Assembly: GCA_043228905.1 (NCBI GenBank)
Contig: JBHGNT010000009.1
Location: 22,010,001-22,074,000 of the forward strand
Length of the DNA: 64,000 bases
Reading direction: 5' to 3'
DNA from: Azolla caroliniana
Taxonomy: Eukaryota; Plantae; Polypodiophyta
Part shown: positions 10,816 to 23,600 of the stretch, in pieces
Layout: the number at the start of each line of letters is the position of its first letter
Position numbering within the stretch: position 1 is the first letter of the stretch
The notes under the pieces: generated by a model
What the model was told of the DNA's origin: nothing
Database searches by the model: none
The model's input: only the letters and a program-made list of their open reading frames with translations
Made by a program: the position numbers and the translations under genes

Positions 10816-11817
10816 CTACTCGTGATCGTTGTCAACACTTATTGTCTTGTTCATAGCCACCTCCTCGATGTTGATTTTAGTGGCTAGATCCTCCATCATG
10901 TTGATCTCACACTCTTTATCTCCTTTAATGCAAGCTTCGATTAGGCTTGCTCCTTCATTATCCGTTGTTTCGAACACGGTGCGCGTCTCAAAACATTTGT
11001 CCTCCTTTGAAGTGGCCTTCGTCATCCTCGAGTCATCATCAATATTCTTTTCGTGTAGGATGCATTGTTTAGGTGTCTCTACTTTTTTAGATTGTCTTGA
11101 TTTTTCTACGCTTGACCTTACCAAGTCAATATTATCAAGCCATTGACGACGCCTATCGATCTTGTTGCATGCTCGCTTCATCGCAGCCCAGTCTGCCACA
11201 AGTCCATTCGCTTGGGAATCATCTTCAAGGACAGTCCCCAATTCTTGTCTATCCTTCACATCCACAGCTTTCAGGAAGTACAGAGTTTTGTCCTCCTCAA
11301 GCATCACTTGGTTTGTGGCAGGGAGACGACTAAACATCTGGTCGAACTCATCGTACACCCTCGAAGCGCTCATCCTCTTATTCTTCTTCTCTATCCACTT
11401 CATCAAGACATGTCGAGTCATCCTCGACAAATCTTCTGTCGCGAACTCCGCTAATATTGCTCTCTCGAACTCAGACCATGTTGTCTTGCCTTCCATAAGC
11501 TCAATGACCCGCCTTTGGATGTTGTTGGCGACCACTCTCTTGAAACTTGTGATTTGACGCACTTCAGACACATCCCTTTGATTCATCTCCCTTTTGTATG
11601 CATCAAGGAACTTCGTAATGTTCCTTCTGTCAAATTCACACTCGAGCTCCACAACACAGTCGACAGCCTTCTTCACGCTCGTATTGTTGTCCCGAGATCT
11701 CATCATTTGTTCGACGATTAGCATCATCCTTTCGAACTCTCCCGCTTGATTGCTTGAGGACGCCATCTCCAAGTATTGGTCGATCCTCGGCTTGATCCTT
11801 CCTACCGCATCTTTCAC
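10816..11817 (-). CDS. Gag-like protein of element A (upstream copy)
   Basis: 333-aa ORF immediately after the PBS, highly similar to 197..1546. The downstream repeat tail is broken by stops and frameshifts. Confidence 0.7.
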   Translation of the reverse strand: MKDAVGRIKPRIDQYLEMASSSNQAGEFERMMLIVEQMMRSRDNNTSVKKAVDCVVELECEFDRRNITKFLDAYKREMNQRDVSEVRQITSFKRVVANNIQRRVIELMEGKTTWSEFERAILAEFATEDLSRMTRHVLMKWIEKKNKRMSASRVYDEFDQMFSRLPATNQVMLEEDKTLYFLKAVDVKDRQELGTVLEDDSQANGLVADWAAMKRACNKIDRRRQWLDNIDLVRSSVEKSRQSKKVETPKQCILHEKNIDDDSRMTKATSKEDKCFETRTVFETTDNEGASLIEACIKGDKECEINMMEDLATKINIEEVAMNKTISVDNDHE

Positions 11818-11830
11818 ATCGGGTTCACCA
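11813..11830 (-). other. tRNA-Trp primer-binding site (element A)
   Basis: TGGTGAACCCGATGTGAA, 8 nt inside the 5' LTR. Confidence 0.8.
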
Positions 11831-13224
11831 CTTAATTATGTCGTGAAGATCCATCACTACGTGCGGATCGTGAGGCGGAACCATCGGGGTTCTAGACCGG
11901 AAGGATTCGAATTTTGCACTAGCTTTAGCGAGAAAGTATTTAAGATAGATTGAGAGAGATTGATATGACGAAAGAGAGATATTGAGATAAAGATTGAACT
12001 TTTAACTTTTAGATTTAAGAGAGAAGATACATCAATAATAGTATTACAAGTTTCTTATTTTTCCCAAATTTTTCATTAGTCCCATCTACTTTATTCCTCC
12101 ACTCTTTTATAGATGCCCCCATGCATATGGTGCATGTGAGGGTGCAAGACATGCACATAATGCATGAAATGCATGCAATGCATGCTTGCCATGTCATCAT
12201 CTATGCTCTCATGTATGAGAATTTACATGTAAAAGTATAATGATAAAAATATAGCTTCTAAGGAAATGACTTAGCTCGCCGGATCCGTCCGGTCGCCGCC
12301 TCGTTGTCTCGTCAGATCCGTCTGGTCTCGCCACCTCGCCGGCTCCGTCCGGTTCCAGTCAGCCAAAACCTTTACAAGTAGTTAGGCCACACCCATTCAT
12401 CCAGTTAGTTTAGCTCAAGTCACCTTGAACATTCTATGATCCACTCATTGACACAAAGTAATAGATTTTGGCCCTACTTATATACTCTGGAGTCCTTATT
12501 TGTCATGTCTATGGGGGATATCTCGTAGTTTTGTTTTTTCTCTTCTTCTTCGCAAACTTCATACCCACATAACTTGTCACTTAGTTGTCCATTTCTTATG
12601 TGGTAAAGTGTATTCGAAAGCTCTTGAAGACCTCCATCTTTTTGTACCAAGATATTAAACTAGTATAAAATAGTATCTTCACTATTATTTTTTTATGTTG
12701 TGTGTGAAGAACCCAACTCGATTTAAATTGTACATTCCTCACAATTTTCACACCGTTGCCGAAAATCTTCACGACAACGTTACCCAAAATTTCCTATTTT
12801 GAGTGACAACTATGCAAGCCATGCTTGTATTGTATTCGATATGATGAGTGTAAACTTGGTGGAATTTCCATTAGTACCAAGGTTACTACCTGCCTTGAAA
12901 ACACTTTTCAAAGATGAAATGTTACTAGATGATGATGTAGAAATGGTAGCTTGAAATAAAAGCAACCTAGGGTTGAAGAGAATAGAAGGATATTAAAATG
13001 ATCCAAGAAAAGGGGTTCATATGACCGGATTGAATGAGTCCTTTAGAAGAAGATTTGCAAAGTCCTTTATAATGAAGGCAAGTTGAAGGTAAAGAATTCT
13101 TCAAGATACCTGGGCCATTGCAGAATATGTGTGGGTTTTACAAAGACATTCCATCTAGATCTTAGGAAAAAACATGAGGATTTTTTCTCACTTCATGCAG
13201 GTCTCCATTTATCACACAAGATTC

Positions 13225-14278
13225 AGAGGAGATATGGTACAATGACCTACCATGTTATTGGGTTATATTGAGCAGGATAAGAATGAGGATGCTATACAAC
13301 TCTATCCTTGAATGCTTGTGCAAGGTCTCTAACTATTATGATGACATTTCCTGGTATGTTGAAAGCATGTGGCAACATGGGAGAATTGGTAGTCATACTG
13401 AAATCAAATTAGATGTTGACATGGATCTTAGTTAAATGAAGGATCCATGGCTAGCCATTGGGATAGCCCTTTTTTCTCTTCTTTTCCATCTATTTTGTAG
13501 TTTGTACCTGATAGGTTTTTTGAAAACTAATGGAAGGATATTTTGTTTTGGAAAAAAAAAACACTTGGTGACCATGATGAGCTTATGTGCTCCATTTATA
13601 TTATAAGACAATAATGAATTTCATTTGAAGACCAAGACTCCACTCAAGGAACACTTGTGCAATGCCACACATGCTTTGAACCATGAATTGTAGCTTGACA
13701 AACACTCATTGGTCTTACTTAACCCCCCTCGACTTTCATCGAATCTCCTTGATCCACTTCAACAACATATTTTCAGTTTCTTGTGTTAAAACTATTGTTT
13801 CACCTTGACACCATATTCTCAATAGAGAATGACCATGCCATTATGGTGTTAACAGAGTATGGCCATCATTTGCTTAGCTCTGTGGACGAGTTTAAAAATT
13901 AATGGAGCTCTATGGGCAAGATATAAATTGATGTTTCCAAACTAAATATCCTTCCATCAGTTTTAAAAAAGCATATCAACTACAAGCTACAAAATAGATG
14001 GAAAAGGAACAACTATCATTCCCAAGCCTATCTTGTGTAGGACAATGGCTAGCCATGGATCCTTCATTTAACTGAGATCCATCTCAACATCTAATTTCCT
14101 TTCAATATGTCTACCAATTCTCCCATGTTGCCACATGCTTTCAACATACCAACAAATGTCATCATAGTAGGTAAGAGACCTTGCACAAGCATTCTAGGAT
14201 AGAGTTGTATAGCATCCTCATTCTTATCATGCTCAATATAGCCCAATAACATGGCAGGCCATTGTACCATATCTCCAC
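13225..14278. repeat. Long inverted repeat (arms ~13225-13596 and ~13900-14278) partly derived from PPR coding sequence
   Basis: For example GGATCCATGGCTAGCCATTG (13441) vs CAATGGCTAGCCATGGATCC (14044), and AAAGCATGTGGCAACATGGGAGAATTGGTAG vs its reverse complement at ~14111-14141. Confidence 0.85.
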
Positions 14279-15900
14279 CAGCAATAAATCATCAAAAAGC
14301 TCTCAGGCTTCAATTATTGCTCCACATTTACGATCCCAACAAAGGATCTTTTTCCAATCCTTCTTTTGCATTCACCAAAGCATTGTTAAGCACGATATCC
14401 TCCTCCATGAAGAGACCTTTATTTATACTCTCATCATGAATCTTTTCCCCTTTTACACTAAATCCAGTGTTTCCAAAAGCCTTCAGGATGCAAATATATG
14501 TGATCCTATCTGATGAGAGACCCTTGCTTTGCATCTTCTGGAAATAGTTCATTGTTTCGTAACCCTTTCTATGTTGAACATACCCAGTAATGAGTGATTC
14601 GAAGAGTATAGAGTCCTGACAAGAAGCTCACCATGCACTTTTTGTGCTTTTTCAAGCATACCACAGTTCACATACATAACTACCAACGCCTTGCCCAATA
14701 TAACATTCTTCTCACAAATCCCCATCTAACAATCTGATCATGAAGTTGAAATAAACAACGACCTTATCACAATTGTGAAATTCAGTATAGCTAGTTCTGA
14801 GCTAGGCCGACGAACAATGCATTCCAAGAGACTACAAATTGAACTGGTCCAAAAACCTACTTGAGTAGAGACCCATAAGGTGGACTAAAATAATCCATTT
14901 TATATCATCATAAGCTTGGCCACATTGAATACATCCTATGATGTGAGCATTCCAAGCAGCAATAGTCTTCATGGGCAGTTAAGTAAATACTTGTTCAACT
15001 TTCAATAGGTCACCACATGTTGCATACATTTATACAAAACTAATTCCAAGATGGGTTACAATCTTTGCAGAAAACCTCTTTGGAGAATATGAGAGCCTTT
15101 AAAATGCAAATGAAATAATATCACATTAGGAGAAAGCCCTTCACTTTGCATACGTTGAAAACATTTCAATGCTTCAAAACCATCTCCTGAAATAAAAAAA
15201 GCCTCCCAAAGTGAAAATTACTATATTCCACATCCCTGTATCTCCAAATCGAAGCTTTGAAAATATTTCTTGTGCCTCACCAGGTAAACCAAAAAAAATC
15301 TTTGTCAGGCCATGCTCAACATATCCTATAATCAATGTAGTACCAAAGAGAACATCTCTGTTTGCAAGAGTATCAAATACATCTTGCGCATCTAACAGAG
15401 ATCAACACCTAGCATACATCCCTATCACACTATTCTCAATATAAATATCACTTTTGAGACCATCCCATACAATCTCTACCTACAGTCTTCGTACTTTCTC
15501 AACGTCTCTGAGTCTTCCACATGCTTTCAAGCATCACAAATATGTTACAACATTTGGAAAAGTCTCCTCCAACTTCATTTGCTTAATACATTTGAAAACA
15601 TAACTAAAAGGCCCATATTCAGCGTATCCCGCAATCAATGAATTCCATGATACATAGATATGAACCATTTCAATGCTTCTTCAACATGCTCATGTTCATG
15701 TTCATGTTCAACATAATTTGCAATCAACACATTGCATCAAGCTATTCCTTTGATAGATATTAGAAACCAAAGTAGTTGCATCCTCGCAGCTCATAGCTTT
15801 GAACCATTTCAATCCTTCTTCAGCATGCACATAGTCAGCAACACAGAAGACTTGCTACCAAATGTATACATCCTAATACAACACCTTCCTTTTTACAGTT
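14080..15900 (-). pseudogene. Degenerate PLS-class PPR pseudogene
   Basis: Fragmentary PPR motifs (e.g. MNYFQKMQSKGLSSDRITYICILKAFG) with many stops and frameshifts. Boundaries approximate. Confidence 0.7.
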
Positions 15901-16249
15901 TGAATCCACTCATCCTCACCAGAAAAATGAGAAAAACGCTCCCCAAATTTGAAAAGTCAATGAAAACATAATCAAGTCTCCCCGTCACTCCCTAGAACTG
16001 CTTCATCGTCCATTAACATCATCCATCTCTACCTCTAACTTAGACTAAAAAGATTTTACTATAAGGACGGCTTTCCAATAGCGTACATCTAATGTATCCA
16101 ACGTCCCTATCACTCCATAGAAATGCTTCCTCCTCCCATATCATCATCCTTCTCCAACAAAAAAATATTATTATTATTTTGTTCAAGTATGCGTAAGAGT
16201 GAAGTTTGAGATCCAACTAGATTGGCAATAGTGCAAATTATTTAATCTA

Positions 16250-17950
16250 ATATTGAGGTTAAGTATAAAGAATATATCAACACTATGGTAGAAAGAAAAT
16301 GAACATCTCATCAAGTGTTACCAAATGAAGTACAAGGGTTTAGGGTGCATGTCTAGCATGGCATATCGAGGAGATTCAAAGACTAACAAAGAGGTTCATC
16401 AAGGGTCAAGTTAGGAAATTTTAGGTCTTGATTTGTATAAATAAATGAGCTCATTATGGAAGATTGCATCAATGCTTGATATGGTTTTTTTTTTCAGAGA
16501 GCCTAAAAGAGAAGATTAACGTTGAAGAGGCAAGATCAAAGCAAGAGCCGAAAATGAAAGAAGAGAGATGGTGGCACACACCTCCATTTGATTGAATATA
16601 AGACAAAACAAAGAAAACTTGGAAATGAAGAACGAGGTCAATACAAACGCCAACATACAACATGAAGATAATATTAAGGTAAAAGATATGGCACATACCA
16701 CCTCCTCATCATACAAACAAGCCAAAGAGAATGCCAAGGGAACAAAAGAGGGTGGAAACAAGATCCCTATGCATGGCCCGAACAATGTGATAAGATGCAT
16801 CTCTAAAACTTTGTGCCTAGGCTATGAGAGGCAGTTTGAGTACAGCCTAGACAATGTGATAAGGTGCATCTCTAAAACTTTGTGCCTAGGCTATGAGCGG
16901 GAGTTTGAGGATAGTCTAGACAATGAGATGAAGAGCATCTCCAAAGCTTTGTACTGAAGCCACGATAAAGTTAAGTGGGACTTTGAAGAAACTTGAGGTG
17001 TTTCAGATTATGGCACAAATACCATCTCCAAAGTTTTCTATCCAAAGATATACTCGGTCACTCATGTGAAGGAAGAATATTGGAAAATAAAATTGAGGAA
17101 ACATAAATGGAAGAACTAGTGACAAGTTACCCTAACAACATTATGCACGAGATATTGCTAGAAGAGAAGGTTAATGGATATGAGGCCTACAACATTGAAA
17201 CGGCAATAGCCAAAGGAAGGGACGAGGAAGATAAAGAAGGTGATAAGGTTTCTCCACATTTGAAATCTAAACTTGGCTATCGACAAGTTAGGAAGGTCTA
17301 GTCAGTCATAAGAAAATCATGATCATTGAAGCTTTGGGCATACGCTATTATAGGATCCAAGAGAAGGGTGGTGATGATAGGAAGATGAATGAAGACACAA
17401 AGGATGAAGAAGCGAAGAAGAGCATGGAGATGTTGAATGATAATTGCGAAGACCAAGGTAGCTCAAGAGGTGTTTCCCTAGAAGTAACTAACACATGAGG
17501 CTCATGGGATCAATCTAAGGTGATGAATGAGGAGAAGGGAAGTGAGGAGAATGACATCCCGAAAAATGAGAAAGAAGATGAGCATGGCCTTGACATTAAA
17601 ACAACATGTGCATCTTGTGCACTTGAGGCTATTGCCTATACAACAATGACAAGTGATCAAAGCACTATATTGAGAACCAAAAATCAAAGGGAAGAAGTTG
17701 AAGAGAGAATTTTGAAGATTGATACAGAGATGAACAAAGTGAAGAATTTGGAGGATAGATGGGTTGACACCTTGATAAGCTTCATGGATACACAATGTTC
17801 AAACATGGTAATGAGTGAGACCAAAAGTGAAGGAAATGACTCCAAAACAAGGGCACAAGTCAAGGAGGAACCAAACTAGGATAAGTTGATAGAGACTAGA
17901 TTGGGCCTTGTTATGGGCTTGGGCAAGAGTTAACATCCATGAGACATCCA
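16250..17950 (+). mobile_element. Old degenerate relative of the element A internal region
   Basis: EEKVNGYEAYNIETAIAK (17107 ORF) resembles KRVNGYEAHEIEEIATK of element A. Contains a ~69-bp tandem repeat at ~16781-16950. No LTR ends identified. Confidence 0.35.
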
Positions 17951-20687
17951 AAATCAACGCAAATTTGATGGTTTTCTTTCCCCATTGTCCAAAACATGTT
18001 GCAAGCACATATGCAAAGTTATCATACACCCATTAGGTTAGCACTTGTCACAATAAAAAATAGAAAACTAACCCAAACCAATCCAACTAGGTGTATAACC
18101 TAACCCCAACCAGACTAAAAGAAGTCAACAAAGCACTATTGTGTTCCAATTCCAAACTCAATGATAAGAGAAAACTTTGTCCATTACCAATTTAGTGAAG
18201 CCGCTACTACTAAAGCGTCAACATGCAATAGGCTCTAAATTGTTGAGACCCTTCCCACTATCTTTTAGTCTTACTAAAGTGATTAAGTGGTCAACCGCAC
18301 CCGCCCACTATGCCTTAGCAAACAAATTTTGGCTCTCATGATCAATGACACCCCAAACAACACACATCAACATTTCAACTCACGTTCAGATTTCCCATTA
18401 ACAAAATATGCATTAATAAAATAAAAAAGGCTTAGTATTGTTCTCATCTCCTTTGGCTTATGGCAACAAACTTACAATTCTTCATCCAACCATCACTTGC
18501 AAGCAAAGGTCAAGCGTAGTCCAAGCTCAAGGAGAAGTTGTTAGATATCCATCCTAGCCATGTACATACCACATGCAAATCCATAAATGGTTGGAGAGCC
18601 AAGATACAATATATAGGTGGAAAGACAGGCAGCCAATGGTGTGTCTCGAAACAGAATTTGTCATTTATCTACACAGACTAATGAAAAATCCAAAGAACAA
18701 ATATTTTCTTGTTTGGAGAATATCACCTAGGCGTCATAGCTCAAGTTATAGCATTTTGTTTCAAAAATTATGCGAAGTGATTGCCTATTCTGAAATGTAT
18801 TCATAACCCATTAAATAAGTTGAAATAATAATTGATACAATAAAATGTATTACCACCTTCATATACAACTTATCACACAAATGGAACACATACAAAAGGG
18901 ATCTTTAACATATACATTGGACATATGTTAGCTAGTTTTTACCATTCTCTCTATAGATGCTAGAACAATATCTGTTGCAATGTAGCTTTTTATTAATAGA
19001 AGGATATTTTGATGACGTCAAACAGAATATCTACAAGATCACATCCCCAAAACTACCTACATTTCTTTTGAGTCAAACCTCAAATTGATGAATCCTTCAT
19101 GCCACATGTCAACATACTCTTACTCATTATCAAAATGAAACCAATCATAGTACGTAAAATTCGTGTTCATCTAGTATAACTTGGAAAACAAATGCAAATG
19201 TTATCCCAACATTCTTGTGTTTTTTTTTTGTTTTTTCCCCTTTTTTTAATGTTTTTTTTTGTTTTTTTTTCATTTTTAGGCTTATCTACCTCATAATAAA
19301 TAGTTAATCCAAAAGTATTGTATTTATCATTCTTTGAGGGTGTTTTTCTTTCGCGAATGCACGTATGGCTCATACTATGAAACCGATTATACCACTCAAA
19401 ACTAGAGGTACAAGATTGGAGCATGCTCCACAGATCCACAATTGATCTGCAAAGAACAATAGTTACTCATTCATCTATTCAAGCTAAGTTGTATCTTATT
19501 ACAAGCCAAACATCTATGAACCTATGTACAAGATAGGATCCATGTTGCATCCACACTTCAACTGTACCAATACCAAAACATGTTCAAGTACCAAGTATAG
19601 CTTTAGTGTCATCTATCTTTGGTATTTCAAAACATCACTGATAATATACTTGCATGTTGAAGTGCTTGAAAATGATATCCTGTAAGATGCCATGTTATCC
19701 TTAGTTTAGAATAATAACCAAAACTTGAAGGATAATCATTTCATTTAGAAAGGGACTATAGGAATTCACGTAAATACCAAATAATTTCTCCAGCATCATA
19801 CATCATCACAGATTGGCAGGTTACTAAGAATAAAGCATATAAGAAAGGCTAGTCAATTATTCGAGTATCATAAATACATCATACGGCTTGGCAGGTTACT
19901 AAGGATAAAGCACATAACAACCGTTAAACCCCAGTTTAGTACATCAGATAATAGAACATCTCAAAATACTAACAAGCAGACATCAATGGTTGTTAATGGT
20001 ATTCTAAAACTGTACAATACATTCTGAACGCTCTTAGAGCATTGATTAGACATTAGAAGGTCCTTTGGAACCCAACCTACAGAAGATTTGGGTTTAATAA
20101 CATTTTAAGTTTGGTAGCCTTTTATGTAACCGAGAAATGTGGCGAGCTTTGAAGTTTCTGGTTTCCAAACTCCATGACATTTGTTTCCATTTCCTTAAAA
20201 TGTCAGAAGGTTGGAACTTTTATGGTGGCAAAGGTACCTACTTGCATACAAACAAAAGAAAATAGAAGACCCAGAATGTTTTCAATAATGCATATCAATA
20301 AACAACAGAAAGTAGTTTCCAGCAAACAATGACAGAAAGAAACAAAACATAACAATTTACATGAATCTTACTTCAGAAATTGGTGAGCCATTTGTCATTT
20401 GCTATTGATACGGTATTATCTTGCTGCTCATTTATATCACTGGTGAGTCTTGAGGCATAGTTGATTGCTGCAACCTATTTGGCAATCAAATTTTGTGTTG
20501 GCCTTTCAAATCAAAAAAATTACACACCATGTAAAAGAAGTCTCAGTGCCCATCAGAAGACTACTTGATAATGTTCTGCAATAACTTAGTTAAGACGACT
20601 TTCAAAATGCGGCAATATTCATAATCAAAACAGGAAACACCTGCAAAAAAGAAGTATCTTGATTTTCATGGTTCCAGACACATCTGT

Positions 20688-23600
20688 TTAATCCATGTCT
20701 TCCATCATAATCTCCACATTTTGCTCTTTCACAAGTGTCCTAAGAAGGTTCTTTATAGATATCCTTAGTTTAGAGGCCTCTTGAGGCTTGAACCAATTCC
20801 TGCCAAACTGATTCAAGAATTTAGAGGAAAACCGGCACAGGTTTTCAGAGCTAGAGGACTTAGTAAACATGTACCATAGAATTCAGAGAGTTGGCTGTGA
20901 ATTCTAATGGAGCATCCTCTACGAAGCGCTGTATAAAAAACAGTAAGAACAGACCACAGTCCCAAGCGTTCTGTTGGAGTGGTACCTGTAATGAAAGGGA
21001 TGGCAAGAGTATTCAATTACCTCAAAATAATTTGTGGCCTTTCAGTTAAAAGGATTGTAAATTCACTAGTTATTACATCAACCCGTTCTGAAAGAGCATC
21101 CCAGTTTCTATCAACACCATCAATTCCTCCCATGTGATGCCACTCAGCTTTCAAATAGCTGTAAATTACAAAATCAACCCATGATAGTACATCTACAACC
21201 TCAAATTTGAAAAATGCTGTTGAAGACAGCTTCAATACACAGTGTTGATTCCTTAGAATCAAAATGTTTGTATCCAGATGATGTATAGTCTGATTTGAGA
21301 TCAATACCTCTCCAGAATTTGCACAACTTTTTCAGTTACGTGACCATCCTTCATTGAGTCTAAATGAAGTATATATGGCTGCATCTTTGACTCTTCCTCA
21401 AAAGAAAAACAAACTATTACCAAACTCCAATGAGCACTGGAAAGCAACATCAGCAACAAGTATTTAAGTGCAATGAGACTGATATTTGTTTATCAAATTT
21501 AAATCGCACAGTTGTATTAAACTACCTTTCATGTATTGGAACTAACAAGTACTTGTCAAAAATGTTGACTCCTCTAACCCATTTCCTTAATTTAGAATAG
21601 CAATCAGAACTTCTTCCCTTCGGCTGAACAGGCAAGCTGCATAGGTCAGCGGTAACGTTTTTGCTCCAAAATATCACATATAATTCGTGCTATTACAAAG
21701 CTCATGAAAGACTTCTTTAAATTTCTTGATTGCTTCTGTCCTTTCAATCTATTTAATGGTGCAGCCTTGTCATAACTCAGAAAAAATACAGTATAAATAT
21801 ATAAAAGAACAAGGAAAGAGCTACCTTTTCCAAAAGCAGTTTCTTGAAGAAGAAGGTATTGAAAAAGTGAAACCTCAATTTCCTCTCCTCGCTCAAATTT
21901 TCTGGCCTCTGGATATATCTGATTCAATATAGAAAGCAAAACCAAAAATGCATTCAAACTTGGACATTGACACGAAATTTGAGGACAAAGAAACGTCCAA
22001 ATCTTTATCATGCATGTCTTATTCCTTCAGGATTGACTAAGTTTATTGTGAAATACAAAGTTTATGTCTTATTCCTTCAGGATTGACTAAGTTTATTGTG
22101 AAATACAAAGTTTAAACGTCAATGACAGATTCATTTAAGATTGTCTAGTTCTTTTAATTATGAGATCTCTTACTTGATATAGAAGTCAATCACAGTATCA
22201 TTTAGAAACTCATAGGGATCAAGATGTCTTAAATCTGATTGTTGCACCTCAACTGCTTCTGGATCATCACTAGAGTCATCACAGTAAAGCTCATGAAACT
22301 TTCACATGAACCAAAACAAACAAAAAAATCGAAATAAAATGCAGAAAAAACCTTACCGAGGATATGCGAACCTGAATCCCACCTCTCTGAAAAGAAATTG
22401 ACCCCATCAATGCTGAAAATACTATTGCAAAAGAGAGCTACTGATTTATTGAAAAAATGCATCTAGTTATACGAACCCTCTTGACTTGCTACGTAAATGG
22501 TAGTCATGTAAATAATCTTCATTTTCAGGATGGCCTCCTGATTCCAACTTTTCTTCATCATCAGAAAGTTCCATTGCAGTATCCTGTATGATCAGCAGAC
22601 TGAAATGTAAAGGGAATTCACAAAACTAAGAACCAAAGAATCTGAAACCAGAATGCACACTAGAGAAAAGTCTTTGGGGAACTCATAATAATAGAACCAT
22701 ATTCAAAATGTGTATTTATCTTTGAGATCATTCTCAATTCAACATCTGCTTCATCATTCTTTTTCTCGTTATTATTCTTCATTCTTACTTAAAAGTTATC
22801 GACCTCCTCTTTCTTTTCACAATATGATGAGTATAACATATACAGCCAATGTTAAGGGGCATTACAGAATTTTTGGAATGTTCTAGTAGAATTTGACACA
22901 TCTTAATGCATCTACTTGCTAAAATTGTTGTTACTCTACCCCATTGAATAATAATATTTGGAATATTTTTACCCTTCATCAAATGTATTGTATCATATGA
23001 CGTAAGTTTTAAATTACCATAAATATACTGTACTGTTGAGTATGTACATGTACCATGCTGTACAATATAACTGGCTCAGTATTATTGATTTATTATCATC
23101 ACTATTGTTACTTCGAAAACTAAAGAATTATTAAAATGGAACCACAAAGAACACAGAAAACAACGCCAGGCCTGTTTTATTCTCCTCAAAGATAAACTTT
23201 CAAGAACCTATTCAAACTAAGCTTCTCAGAACAACAGAATTCTGCTCTGAGAGACGTAGTGCTAAAGAGTACCCTGCAACCTCCGGTCCTTTTTTAAGAA
23301 CATATATAATGCATAAGCTATAAAGCAAGTCAAGTGCTAATCTTAAAACAACGCCAGGCCTGTTTTATTCTCCTCAAAGATAAACTTTCAAGAACCTATT
23401 CAAACTAAGCTTCTCAGAACAACAGAATTCTGCTCTGAGAGACGTAGTGCTAAAGAGTACCCTGCAACCTCCGGTCCTTTTTTAAGAACATATATAATGC
23501 ATAAGCTATAAAGCAAGTCAAGTGCTAATCTTAAAAATGCCTAAGGTTCACATATAAAAAATTTATGAATAAACATTGGAAACTATCCAACCAACCAAAG

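Larger units (their letters stand above)
3353..12776 (-). mobile_element. Element A upstream unit (5' LTR 11839-12776, internal region), split by insertion of element B
   Basis: LTR with 12-bp terminal inverted repeats TGTCGTGAAGAT/ATCTTCACGACA; PBS 11813-11830; gag-like ORF. The repeat tail resumes at 4109 on the far side of element B. Purine-rich GGTCAGGGTGGA lies just before the LTR at 3352. Confidence 0.8.
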
